Part shown: one piece after another, positions 21,400-29,674 of the stretch | How the letters are laid out: each line of letters opens with the position of its first letter | Numbering within the stretch: the first letter of the stretch is position 1 | NCBI GenBank assembly: GCA_037137455.1 | Contig: JBAXKG010000002.1 | Span: 42,433 to 106,432, forward strand | Length of the DNA: 64,000 bases | Direction of reading: 5' to 3' | From: Bacteroidota bacterium | Lineage (GTDB): Bacteria > Bacteroidota > Bacteroidia > Bacteroidales > FEN-979 | Notes under the pieces: generated by a model | Told to the model about the DNA's origin: nothing | Databases searched by the model: none | Seen by the model: only the letters and a program-made list of their open reading frames with translations | Translations under genes and position numbers: made by a program

Positions 21400-23469
21400 T
21401 TACATCCCAAGCTGGTTCAATATGAATTCAAAATCGACCATGAGGTTGTCAATCCGTTGTTTGGTAGCCTGGCCAGAACCATGCCCGACGTTATAATCAA
21501 TATACAATAAAACAGGATTGATCTGACCTGGATTATTTTGCAGGGCAGCGGTGAATTTCTTGGCATGCAGCGGATCCACACGGCTGTCGTTAGCTCCTGT
21601 CCTTACCAGCATTGCTGGCAAATTAATCCCTTGTCTGATATGATGGTAGGGAGAATAGCTTAACAGATTCCTGAAATCGGCTTCATTTTCTGATGAACCA
21701 TATTCGGGGATCCAGTAACGGGCGATCAGAAATTTATGAAAACGGACCATGTCAAGCAATGGAACGGCGCAAAGGACTGCTTTGTAAAGATCTGGACGCT
21801 GAGTAGCAATAGCGCCCATTAGCAAACCCCCATTGCTACCACCTTTCGCAACAATGCGGCTGGTATTGGTATATTTTTCCCTGACAAGCCATTCGGCACA
21901 GGCGTTGAAATCATCGAAACAATTCTGTTTATTTAGCAACATTCCCTCTTCATGCCATTTTTCGCCATATTCATCGCCTCCGCGGATACCGGGTTCAACA
22001 ACAACACCGCCACGATTAATAAATGGCGCATAATAACCGTAGTAGTCGGGAGTGATACCGCTTCTGAAACCTCCATATGCGGTCAAAAGGACAGGGTTGT
22101 TGCCATCAAGTTTCATATCTTTCCGGTGTACCACGAGGCAAGGCACCCTGGTGCTGTCTTTAGTATAGTAAAATTGAATTTCACCAGTGATATTGCTCAT
22201 GTCGACAGGTATTTTCCTTTCGTAATACAACCGCCATTTAAAATTGGAAGGAGCGGCGACATACATTTTTCCGGGCGAGGTAAAGGTGCTCATAAATATA
22301 TAAACGGAGTCCTCTTCCCGGTCGAAACTCACATAATCAACATTCCCGATTTCGGGCAATTCAATTGTTTTAATCACCTTCCCTTTGGCATCATGGAGTG
22401 TTAGCCGGCTCTGAATGTCTTTTTTGTCCTGTACGATTAATCTTCCATCTTTCAATACCTCCACGTTCTGGATCACTGAAGCTCCTTGCGGAATAAGTAC
22501 CTGCCAGTCTTTGTATGAGGGTTTATCCTTGCTGGCAACCATAAAGCGATAATTTGGGGCATTGTCATTCGTCAGAATATATAGCTTGTCGCCAATAGCC
22601 CAGGGGTATGCCTGGAACTCTTTGCTTTCGTAGACGAGCTGTCCTTCTTCGCTCGTACCGGTCTTTCTCATTTTACATAAATTCGAATTAAAATTTCCCT
22701 CCCCCAAAAAGGTCACATCGCTGTAACGATTGTCATATATATAATAGGAGTCTTTGGCATCTTTGGTGGTTCCGATGAATTGCGCCTTTTCAGAAGGGTC
22801 GCCAACCTTCCACAAGTAGCTCCTAAGAGGTGTCTGGTTGTCAACATCCACCTGGCTACGTATAGTAAAATATGCATGTTGCTGATCTTTTGTCCATTGG
22901 TACCCAAAAATATTTTCGAGAGGAGGATAAAGGATCTTCCCGGTTCGCGTTTCGATTATATAGGTTGTGGATATCTCTGCCCCGCTTTTCTGGACGCTTA
23001 CAGCGGCGCGTTCCCCATCGTAGGTGTATTGAACAGCAGTAGTCGATGTTTTCCCTGATGTATCGAGTTTCACAGGGTCCCAGATCTGCACTTTTTTCCC
23101 GTCAAGGATTGTATAAACTGATAATTGTTTGTCCCCTTTCTTCTTAATAGTCTGGAATATTCGTTTCCCCTCTTTGCTCAGCGGGCCCTCATAATCCAAA
23201 TCGATGTAGGCGGCGATATCTTCGCGAAGCCCCGGATGACTTTTCTGTGTGGCATTCATATATTGCACGCTGTAATCATGCTGCGCTTTTGTCCAGGCAA
23301 CAACAGTTGGATCGGTTTTGTCTTCAAGCCAGCGGTAATTATCAGTAAGCAGGAATCCATGCAAGGTATCAACAACCGTTTTTTTTGTTGTTGTGGGCGG
23401 GTTAAACGCAACCTGGGCCTGACTAAATAACGGCAGCCACATTAAAAAATGAATCAAGATGTTTTTCAT
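21400..23469 (-). CDS. Prolyl oligopeptidase family (S9A) serine peptidase
   Basis: Start set at MKNILIHFLMWLPLFSQAQ (signal peptide). Contains the GGSNGG nucleophile elbow and C-terminal D/H region. Confidence 0.85.
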   Translation of the reverse strand: MKNILIHFLMWLPLFSQAQVAFNPPTTTKKTVVDTLHGFLLTDNYRWLEDKTDPTVVAWTKAQHDYSVQYMNATQKSHPGLREDIAAYIDLDYEGPLSKEGKRIFQTIKKKGDKQLSVYTILDGKKVQIWDPVKLDTSGKTSTTAVQYTYDGERAAVSVQKSGAEISTTYIIETRTGKILYPPLENIFGYQWTKDQQHAYFTIRSQVDVDNQTPLRSYLWKVGDPSEKAQFIGTTKDAKDSYYIYDNRYSDVTFLGEGNFNSNLCKMRKTGTSEEGQLVYESKEFQAYPWAIGDKLYILTNDNAPNYRFMVASKDKPSYKDWQVLIPQGASVIQNVEVLKDGRLIVQDKKDIQSRLTLHDAKGKVIKTIELPEIGNVDYVSFDREEDSVYIFMSTFTSPGKMYVAAPSNFKWRLYYERKIPVDMSNITGEIQFYYTKDSTRVPCLVVHRKDMKLDGNNPVLLTAYGGFRSGITPDYYGYYAPFINRGGVVVEPGIRGGDEYGEKWHEEGMLLNKQNCFDDFNACAEWLVREKYTNTSRIVAKGGSNGGLLMGAIATQRPDLYKAVLCAVPLLDMVRFHKFLIARYWIPEYGSSENEADFRNLLSYSPYHHIRQGINLPAMLVRTGANDSRVDPLHAKKFTAALQNNPGQINPVLLYIDYNVGHGSGQATKQRIDNLMVDFEFILNQLGM

Positions 23470-23654
23470 GAGAATTGTGATTTTTTGTGTTATCAAATAT
23501 ATCATATCCTTTTCAGCCCGGACGAAAAAATTCGGTAAGGATATGAAAGTTCTTGATCAAAGAGCTGATTCCAAGGGTTAATGGCTAAGGTGTCACCCTT
23601 CACGCTTCATGTGTCACATGCCAGGGGAACATCCTTCGCTATTGATTTTCCAGG

Positions 23655-25340
23655 CTAAAACTTGATTGCTCTGAGCACTTGCTGACCCGAATTGCTGGTA
23701 ATCCGCACAAAATAGACACCGGTTGGCATACCAGAAAAATCATTCAGGTCAATAGCCGATGAGCTGCCCATATTGAGATTGCGCGTACAGAGCAACTGAC
23801 CGGAGATGGAAAGAATTTCAAGTTTAACCTGTTCAGAGGTTTTCAGGTTACTTTTTATCCAGGGAGAACCAGAAAATGGCACCGGAAAAAGTGTATATGG
23901 TTGTTGGGTTTCGATTGAAGTTGAAGGGGCAGATAGAAGTAATCTGGCATTCATCATGTTGGGAATCCCATATCCGTATTGCTGATTGGGAGATGTGGCT
24001 TTAGAAGCAGTATTCCTTACCGCATTTCGAAGCTGCTGTGCCGATAATGATTGGGCTGATTGCCATAGGCAAGCCATTGCGCCTGCCATGATAGGAGATG
24101 AAAAAGAGGTACCGCTACCTTGCGACACATTGCCTGATCCATTAATTACGGTCGTTCCTTGTCCCTGGGCAGTAACATCAGGCTTAAGCCTTCCGTCGGA
24201 GGTTGGACCAGTTGAACTGAAAGAGGCATAACCCCCTGTAGCATTAACTGCTCCAATTGAAAAAACGCTATCGCCATCGGCCGGAGCCCCAATATATTGC
24301 CATGATGATCCTCCATCATTTCCTGCACTATTGACCACCATCATACCGCGACTTGCAGCCAAGTCGGCAGCCCTGGTTACAGGGGTAGTATTGCCATTCA
24401 TATCATTATATGTATGATTATAGACCGGGTTGTCGAATGTAGTATATCCAAGCGATGAATTGATGACATCAGCACCCACGCTATCGGCAAATTCAGCGCC
24501 ACCGGCCCAATTGTACTCTTCAATCAGGGCTTCATATTCACCAACTTCGGTACGGATGAGCCAGAAAGAGGCATGAGGGGCAGTTCCGACCATTTGTCCG
24601 GGGAGATTGGCTCCAATCGTAGAAAGCACACTGGTGCCGTGCGTGTGCATATCATCCCCAAAAACATTGTTTCCAGGGATATTGAAATCGCGGGAGCCGA
24701 GTATCCGATTTGTAAGCCACAAGCTGTCAAAGGCATGAATCTGATCGACATGATAAAATCCGGCATCAAGTATGGCGATCATGATGCCCTGGCCGGTAAA
24801 ACCCAGATTGTGAAGGCCATCTACTGAAATCATATGAGCCTGATTGTATGCCTGACCATAGTTGAAAGCGCCGATCGATTTATTTGCAACAAATGAGACT
24901 GGTTGGGTTAAGGTATATGGAGGGATCTCCTCGATCTGATTTACACCTGATCCGGCAGGTACCCGAACAGGCTTTTTGGGCACGACCAGGTCGATGTGGT
25001 CAACAAACGGAAGTGCCGCGATGGCTGCCAGTACCGTTGAACTGCTTGTTTTCACAACTACGGCATTGAACCATTTCAGGGTATAAACAACCGGGGCACC
25101 TGTTGCCGCGATTTGTGTGACATAAATCGGGGTCACAGGAAGATCTCTCATGTCGAGTGATATATTTGACTTTGTGCGGCGGTCGATTGAACGCTGGGTG
25201 AGAAAGGCAATAGGATTCGAAAGGGAATAGGGATTGTTGTCTTTATTCTTCAAAAAAACAACGTGTTTTTCCTCCTGGGCAAACAGGCCGGATGTAACCA
25301 ATAACATGAAAGTTATAGCGAATAATTGTTTCATAATCAA
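23655..25340 (-). CDS. S8 subtilisin-family peptidase with T9SS C-terminal sorting domain
   Basis: Catalytic triad contexts AILDAGF, HGTSVLS and GTSFSSPIMAG. Has a signal peptide. The C-terminus ...GVYFVRITSNSGQQVLRAIKF is typical of the type A T9SS CTD. Confidence 0.85.
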   Translation of the reverse strand: MIMKQLFAITFMLLVTSGLFAQEEKHVVFLKNKDNNPYSLSNPIAFLTQRSIDRRTKSNISLDMRDLPVTPIYVTQIAATGAPVVYTLKWFNAVVVKTSSSTVLAAIAALPFVDHIDLVVPKKPVRVPAGSGVNQIEEIPPYTLTQPVSFVANKSIGAFNYGQAYNQAHMISVDGLHNLGFTGQGIMIAILDAGFYHVDQIHAFDSLWLTNRILGSRDFNIPGNNVFGDDMHTHGTSVLSTIGANLPGQMVGTAPHASFWLIRTEVGEYEALIEEYNWAGGAEFADSVGADVINSSLGYTTFDNPVYNHTYNDMNGNTTPVTRAADLAASRGMMVVNSAGNDGGSSWQYIGAPADGDSVFSIGAVNATGGYASFSSTGPTSDGRLKPDVTAQGQGTTVINGSGNVSQGSGTSFSSPIMAGAMACLWQSAQSLSAQQLRNAVRNTASKATSPNQQYGYGIPNMMNARLLLSAPSTSIETQQPYTLFPVPFSGSPWIKSNLKTSEQVKLEILSISGQLLCTRNLNMGSSSAIDLNDFSGMPTGVYFVRITSNSGQQVLRAIKF

Positions 25341-25405
25341 TAATGTTTAAAGTTAAAATTCTTTCTGCAAGGAATCTCAAGAGAAAAAAGAGCAGACAAT
25401 TTTTG

Positions 25406-25413
25406 CAAAGTTA
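25406..25413 (-). promoter_or_regulatory. -7 promoter box TAACTTTG (minus strand) for the S8 peptidase gene
   Basis: Plus-strand CAAAGTTA is the reverse complement of TAACTTTG, about 65 nt upstream of the ATG at 25340. Confidence 0.4.
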
Positions 25414-25518
25414 AGGTTTATTTTACAATGCAGATTATGTTTTGTCCTGATATGAATATGGTTTTATTCGTCAAATTCTTTTCCTTTCTGTGGAAGGGGG
25501 TCGACAAATATAGATAAC

Positions 25519-27846
25519 CTAAGGCTTTGGTCCCATGATGAAAATCAGTTCGCCTCCCGCAACCAGGTCGGCATGGTCAATGAACGGTTTATCAAAGGGT
25601 TTCCCGTTGAGGGTCATCGATTGTATATAAATGTTGTGATCATTTAAGCCCCTTGCTTTGATAAGGAAAGATTTTCCATCGGATAATGAAATGGATGCTG
25701 AAGATACGCATGGGCTGCCAATAGCATATTGCGTAGTTCCCGGACAAACCGGATAGAACCCAAGCACGCTGAAGATATACCAGGCGCTCATTTGTCCGCA
25801 GTCATCATTACCGCATAAGCCATCGGGTTTATTCCGGTACATATTATTCACAATCATGTGGATTCTTTCCTGCGTTTTCCATGGCTTTGAAGTCCAGTTA
25901 TAAAGGTAGGCCACATGATGGCTGGGTTCGTTGCCATGCACATAATTCCCGATCAGCCCGGCTCGCGTAACATCTTCTGTTTCACTGAAATATTTATCAT
26001 CGAGATACATTGTAAACAATGAATCAAGCCGTCGGATAAAGGGCTTTTCACCACCCAACATAGCAATATAATAGGGCACATCATGTGGCACATAGAGAGA
26101 ATAGTTCCAGGAGTTTCCCTCTATAAAGCCTTGACCGATCGTACTCAACGGATCGAATGGTGTTTTCCAGGTGCCATCCGATTTTTTCGCACGGATAAAG
26201 CCAGTGGAAGGATCAAACAGGTTACGGTAATTCAGTGAGCGGTCGGTGAATCGCTGCAATTGATCTTCTGCAAATTGTTTATCCTGGTCAGAAGGCTCCT
26301 TAGCATTAATGATCGCCCGGGCAAATTGTGCAATGGTGTAATCGTCATAAGCATATTCAAGCGTGATCGAAGCCGAATTATTCAGTTTGTCATCCGGTAC
26401 GTAACCATAATAAATATAATCACTTATGCCATCGTAAAATTTATTGGTAGCTGTGGTAACACATGCCCTGAATGCTTTACTGGCATCAAATCCGCGGATT
26501 CCCTTCACATAAGCATCGGAAATCACAGGCACGCTGTGGTATCCTATCATGCACCAGTTTTCATTACCATGATGCGACCATACCGGAAGCATATGTTCGG
26601 GACTCTGGTCGAAATGTGCCAGCATGGAAATGACCATGTCGGAAGTACGTTTTGGATAAAGAAGGGTCAGAAGGGGATGTTCTGCACGGTAGGTATCCCA
26701 GAGAGAGAATATAGTGTAATTGGTAAAACCCGCTGCTTTATGGATGTTCTGATCTATACCACGGTAAAGAGAGTCGACATCGTTGTAAACCACCGGCGAT
26801 AGAAGTGAGTGATACATGGCTGTGTAGAAATTGATCTTCCGGTCGTCCGATCCCTCAATCATGATACGGTTGAGTTCATTTTCCCAAGCCTTCACGGCCT
26901 CTATCCGGGTCTTTTCAAAATTCCAGTGTGGGATTTCTGCGGCCAGATTTTTCAGGGCGCCATCCATGCTTACTCCAGAAAGTCCGATTTTCACCTTGAT
27001 CTTTTCACCTGCTGTTGTGCTAAAGTCAAAGTGGGCCCTGATCTTCTTTCCGGCCATCTCAGGAAAGTTTTCCTGCTGGTTGAATTTCCGCCAGAAACCT
27101 TTGTACACGGGTTGTTCGTCGTTTCGGAACCCGTAACTTTTAAAGGGCTTTGAAAAACTCAGGGCGAAATAAATGTAACGCGTGCGCGCCCAGCCGCGGG
27201 TAATACGGTAGCCGGTTATGAGCGTATCGTTATGAACCCTGACATAGGCCCATAATACTTTTCCGTCATAATTGTAAATGCCATGGAGCATATCCAGGAT
27301 GATGTGGGCACTATCGCTTTGCGGGAAAGTATATTGATGGAAACCACATCGGGCAGTGGCCGATAATTCAGCCTCCACATCCGGGTCATCGAGATGAACT
27401 TTGTAATATCCGGGCGATGCCTTTTCAGTCTCTTTGCGGAACCGTGATCGGTAGCCGGTTTCCGGCTGATCAGCCGTGCCCGGGTTTAGCCGAAGTTTCC
27501 CGACTGTAGGCATGATGAGGAAATCGCCAAGGTCGGAATGTCCGGTTCCATTAAAATGGGTGTGACTAAATCCCACAATGGTTTTATCGAGGTACTGGTA
27601 ACCGGCGCAGTAGCGATATACACCAGGGTTGTATTTGCCATCATTTTCATATGGAATAGTATCAGTATCCGGGCTAAGCTGTACGAAACCAAAGGGAACA
27701 CAGGCGCCCGGGAAGGTGTGGCCCATCTCCTGGGTACCGATAAACGGATTTACATATCCGGTAAGCGGTTGAGGCTTGATTGCTCCCTGGGCTATTATCT
27801 GACCCGGGAGGAACAGGCAAACCAGCGGAATTATGAACATTTTCAT
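25519..27846 (-). CDS. GH92 family glycoside hydrolase (alpha-mannosidase-like)
   Basis: Start set at MKMFIIPLVCLF (signal peptide). Motifs YTIFSLWDTYRAEHPL and GNEPSHHVAYLY are as remembered for GH92. 775 aa. Confidence 0.85.
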   Translation of the reverse strand: MKMFIIPLVCLFLPGQIIAQGAIKPQPLTGYVNPFIGTQEMGHTFPGACVPFGFVQLSPDTDTIPYENDGKYNPGVYRYCAGYQYLDKTIVGFSHTHFNGTGHSDLGDFLIMPTVGKLRLNPGTADQPETGYRSRFRKETEKASPGYYKVHLDDPDVEAELSATARCGFHQYTFPQSDSAHIILDMLHGIYNYDGKVLWAYVRVHNDTLITGYRITRGWARTRYIYFALSFSKPFKSYGFRNDEQPVYKGFWRKFNQQENFPEMAGKKIRAHFDFSTTAGEKIKVKIGLSGVSMDGALKNLAAEIPHWNFEKTRIEAVKAWENELNRIMIEGSDDRKINFYTAMYHSLLSPVVYNDVDSLYRGIDQNIHKAAGFTNYTIFSLWDTYRAEHPLLTLLYPKRTSDMVISMLAHFDQSPEHMLPVWSHHGNENWCMIGYHSVPVISDAYVKGIRGFDASKAFRACVTTATNKFYDGISDYIYYGYVPDDKLNNSASITLEYAYDDYTIAQFARAIINAKEPSDQDKQFAEDQLQRFTDRSLNYRNLFDPSTGFIRAKKSDGTWKTPFDPLSTIGQGFIEGNSWNYSLYVPHDVPYYIAMLGGEKPFIRRLDSLFTMYLDDKYFSETEDVTRAGLIGNYVHGNEPSHHVAYLYNWTSKPWKTQERIHMIVNNMYRNKPDGLCGNDDCGQMSAWYIFSVLGFYPVCPGTTQYAIGSPCVSSASISLSDGKSFLIKARGLNDHNIYIQSMTLNGKPFDKPFIDHADLVAGGELIFIMGPKP

Positions 27847-27887
27847 GACTGAAATATTTGAGACCACCATGTCAGGGTGGTGCTCAA

Positions 27888-28454
27888 TCACATATAGAAA
27901 AGGAGGAACAGTGCCGGAATAATGATCCCGATTGCAGTTAGCCAGGCACCGCGTCCGACAATGCCATTTTTGCCGCGCAAAACAAACAGCCCGGTGATAG
28001 AAAGCACAATTAGTCCCACTGCATAAAGATCAGAAAACCATGTATATAGCTTTTTAAGGTTGTTGTAGTGCAACAAGTTCATTTCTTTGATCACATATCG
28101 TGTAGTTTTTCTCTCCATTTCTGCTTCCCCGGTATTCAGATCAACGTAAACAAATCCGTTGGAAAGAAAAATCTGCACATAACCTTCACCTGTGATATGA
28201 CTTTTATAATGATCTTTTTGATTTACCTGGTCAAGCACCGAATAGACGTAAGTTTGATCAACCTTTCCATCCTTTGGAAGTGGCACTTTGAGGTCGGTGT
28301 AGGACTTTCCGTAGTCGGGATGCTTGAAATCGCCGGATTTGAAGTGGTTTAGTACAATGCCGGAGATGGCATAAATCAGGGTCATGCCAACACATAAATA
28401 ACCAATATCGCGGTGAAGGACATTGTTCCACCGGCGGAGTTTCGTAACCTTCAT
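27888..28454 (-). CDS. PepSY-associated TM-helix domain protein
   Basis: 188 aa from the ATG at 28454 (the track start at 28457 is a GTG one codon upstream). N-terminal LHRDIGY motif plus TM segments at both ends. Confidence 0.65.
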   Translation of the reverse strand: MKVTKLRRWNNVLHRDIGYLCVGMTLIYAISGIVLNHFKSGDFKHPDYGKSYTDLKVPLPKDGKVDQTYVYSVLDQVNQKDHYKSHITGEGYVQIFLSNGFVYVDLNTGEAEMERKTTRYVIKEMNLLHYNNLKKLYTWFSDLYAVGLIVLSITGLFVLRGKNGIVGRGAWLTAIGIIIPALFLLFYM

Positions 28455-28456
28455 CA

Positions 28457-29011
28457 CTATTTAAGTTCTGTGAATTTGGCGACTTCGATGGAAAAAGTTG
28501 ATAAATGATCTTTACCACTGTTCTTCAAATCGGCTCTCAATGCGCTGATCTGCGCAAGTTTATCTCCTGCATCCTGATCTTCATGTCCTTTGGCGCCAGT
28601 ATGTATGCCAACATCATGATTAGCTTCGGGTTTTTTAATTTCAGCCTCCCATTCGTTGAGGTATTTGGCATCGATACGTTCTTCTTTCAAAGTACCGAGA
28701 ATACGCACACGGCCTCCAACAAGGGCTTCGTCAAATTTAACAATATCGGGGCCTACAGTAACTTCAACCCTGATACTATCGGTACCGTCAACCAGGAACA
28801 TCCTTTTCCCGCCATGTTTGCACACATGAATGACTGTTCCTTCAATGATTACCGGTTTATCTATACAACTATCAGCTTGTTTTTCGAATGTAAGCACAAG
28901 CAAGCGGGTTGTGTCATTTTTGGTTGTTGCAGCAGTTTCTTTGTTTCCCTGGTTGCAGGCAGCGATCGTGAATAGTATCACGACCATGAGTGGCAAAAGT
29001 TTCGTTGTCAT
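28457..29011 (-). CDS. Hypothetical lipoprotein
   Basis: Start set at MTTKLLPLMVVILFTIAAC (lipobox). 184 aa with a His/Asp-rich stretch (HDVGIHTGAKGHEDQDAGD). Its stop lies 2 nt from the PepSY gene ATG. Confidence 0.6.
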   Translation of the reverse strand: MTTKLLPLMVVILFTIAACNQGNKETAATTKNDTTRLLVLTFEKQADSCIDKPVIIEGTVIHVCKHGGKRMFLVDGTDSIRVEVTVGPDIVKFDEALVGGRVRILGTLKEERIDAKYLNEWEAEIKKPEANHDVGIHTGAKGHEDQDAGDKLAQISALRADLKNSGKDHLSTFSIEVAKFTELK

Positions 29012-29030
29012 GGGATTGGGTTTTGTTTCT

Positions 29031-29098
29031 GGTGCAAAGATCAAAAAATTTCTGCAGCATTCAAAATATAAATACGTATCTTTGCACCGGCTTTTGAG
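29031..29098. promoter_or_regulatory. Divergent promoter region bounded by a perfect 11-bp inverted repeat GGTGCAAAGAT / ATCTTTGCACC
   Basis: The right arm contains TATCTTTG (29087-29094, TAnnTTTG) facing the RRM gene. The left arm gives GATCTTTG on the minus strand, facing the lipoprotein operon. Confidence 0.5.
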
Positions 29099-29227
29099 TA
29101 TTCAAAGATCCACAAGGCAAGCCATTAAGTCGTTATCACCTCCTCGAAGTTGTATCGCCGCCGGTTCCTTCTCGTGATTGAAGCTTAAAATTACCAATCA
29201 ATTAGTATTCATTCACAAAAAAAGTAC

Positions 29228-29590
29228 ATGAAAAACATTTTTGTATCAAATTTGAGTTTCAGGATCAACGATGAAGATCTGAAACAGGCGTTTGCCGACT
29301 ATGGAGCCGTTAATTCAGCTAAAGTTATTAAAGACAATTTTTCAGGAAGATCACGCGGTTTTGGTTTCGTGGAAATGTCAAATGATGAAGAGGCTGATAA
29401 AGCCATTGAAGAATTAAACAATGCCGAATTCGACGGCAAAGTTATGACTGTTTCGGTTGCTCGTCCAAAAACTGACCGCAAGCCGGGCGGTTTCAGCGAT
29501 TCACGCGGCGGCGGTGGCGGACATGGTGACTCACGCGGCGGCGGCGGTTATGGTGATAAATCGCGTGGCGGATTCAAAAAAAGATATTAA
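29228..29590 (+). CDS. RRM-type RNA-binding protein with Gly/Arg-rich tail
   Basis: 120 aa. RNP2 IFVSNL, RNP1 RGFGFVEM, and a C-terminal SRGGGG repeat. Confidence 0.9.
   Translation: MKNIFVSNLSFRINDEDLKQAFADYGAVNSAKVIKDNFSGRSRGFGFVEMSNDEEADKAIEELNNAEFDGKVMTVSVARPKTDRKPGGFSDSRGGGGGHGDSRGGGGYGDKSRGGFKKRY
29498..29572 (+). repeat. Coding tandem repeat (about 27-30 nt unit, GAYTCACGCGGCGGCGGYGG...) encoding D-S-R-G-G-G-G units
   Basis: Two full copies and one partial copy read directly from the sequence. Confidence 0.8.
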
Positions 29591-29674
29591 CCGAATTTGT
29601 TTTCGCCCCCAGTGGTAAAAGCCAGCATTACAAAGCCTGTGAGAGGCAAATGTTGTTGGGTAAGCTTAATAAAT

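Noticed and set aside
26260-26802. 180-aa ORF antisense to the GH92 gene (likewise 26809-27153, 28505-28975, 35578-36015, 5307-5708, 21952-22404)
   Set aside because: All are nested opposite well-supported genes and carry no motifs. I treat them as spurious.
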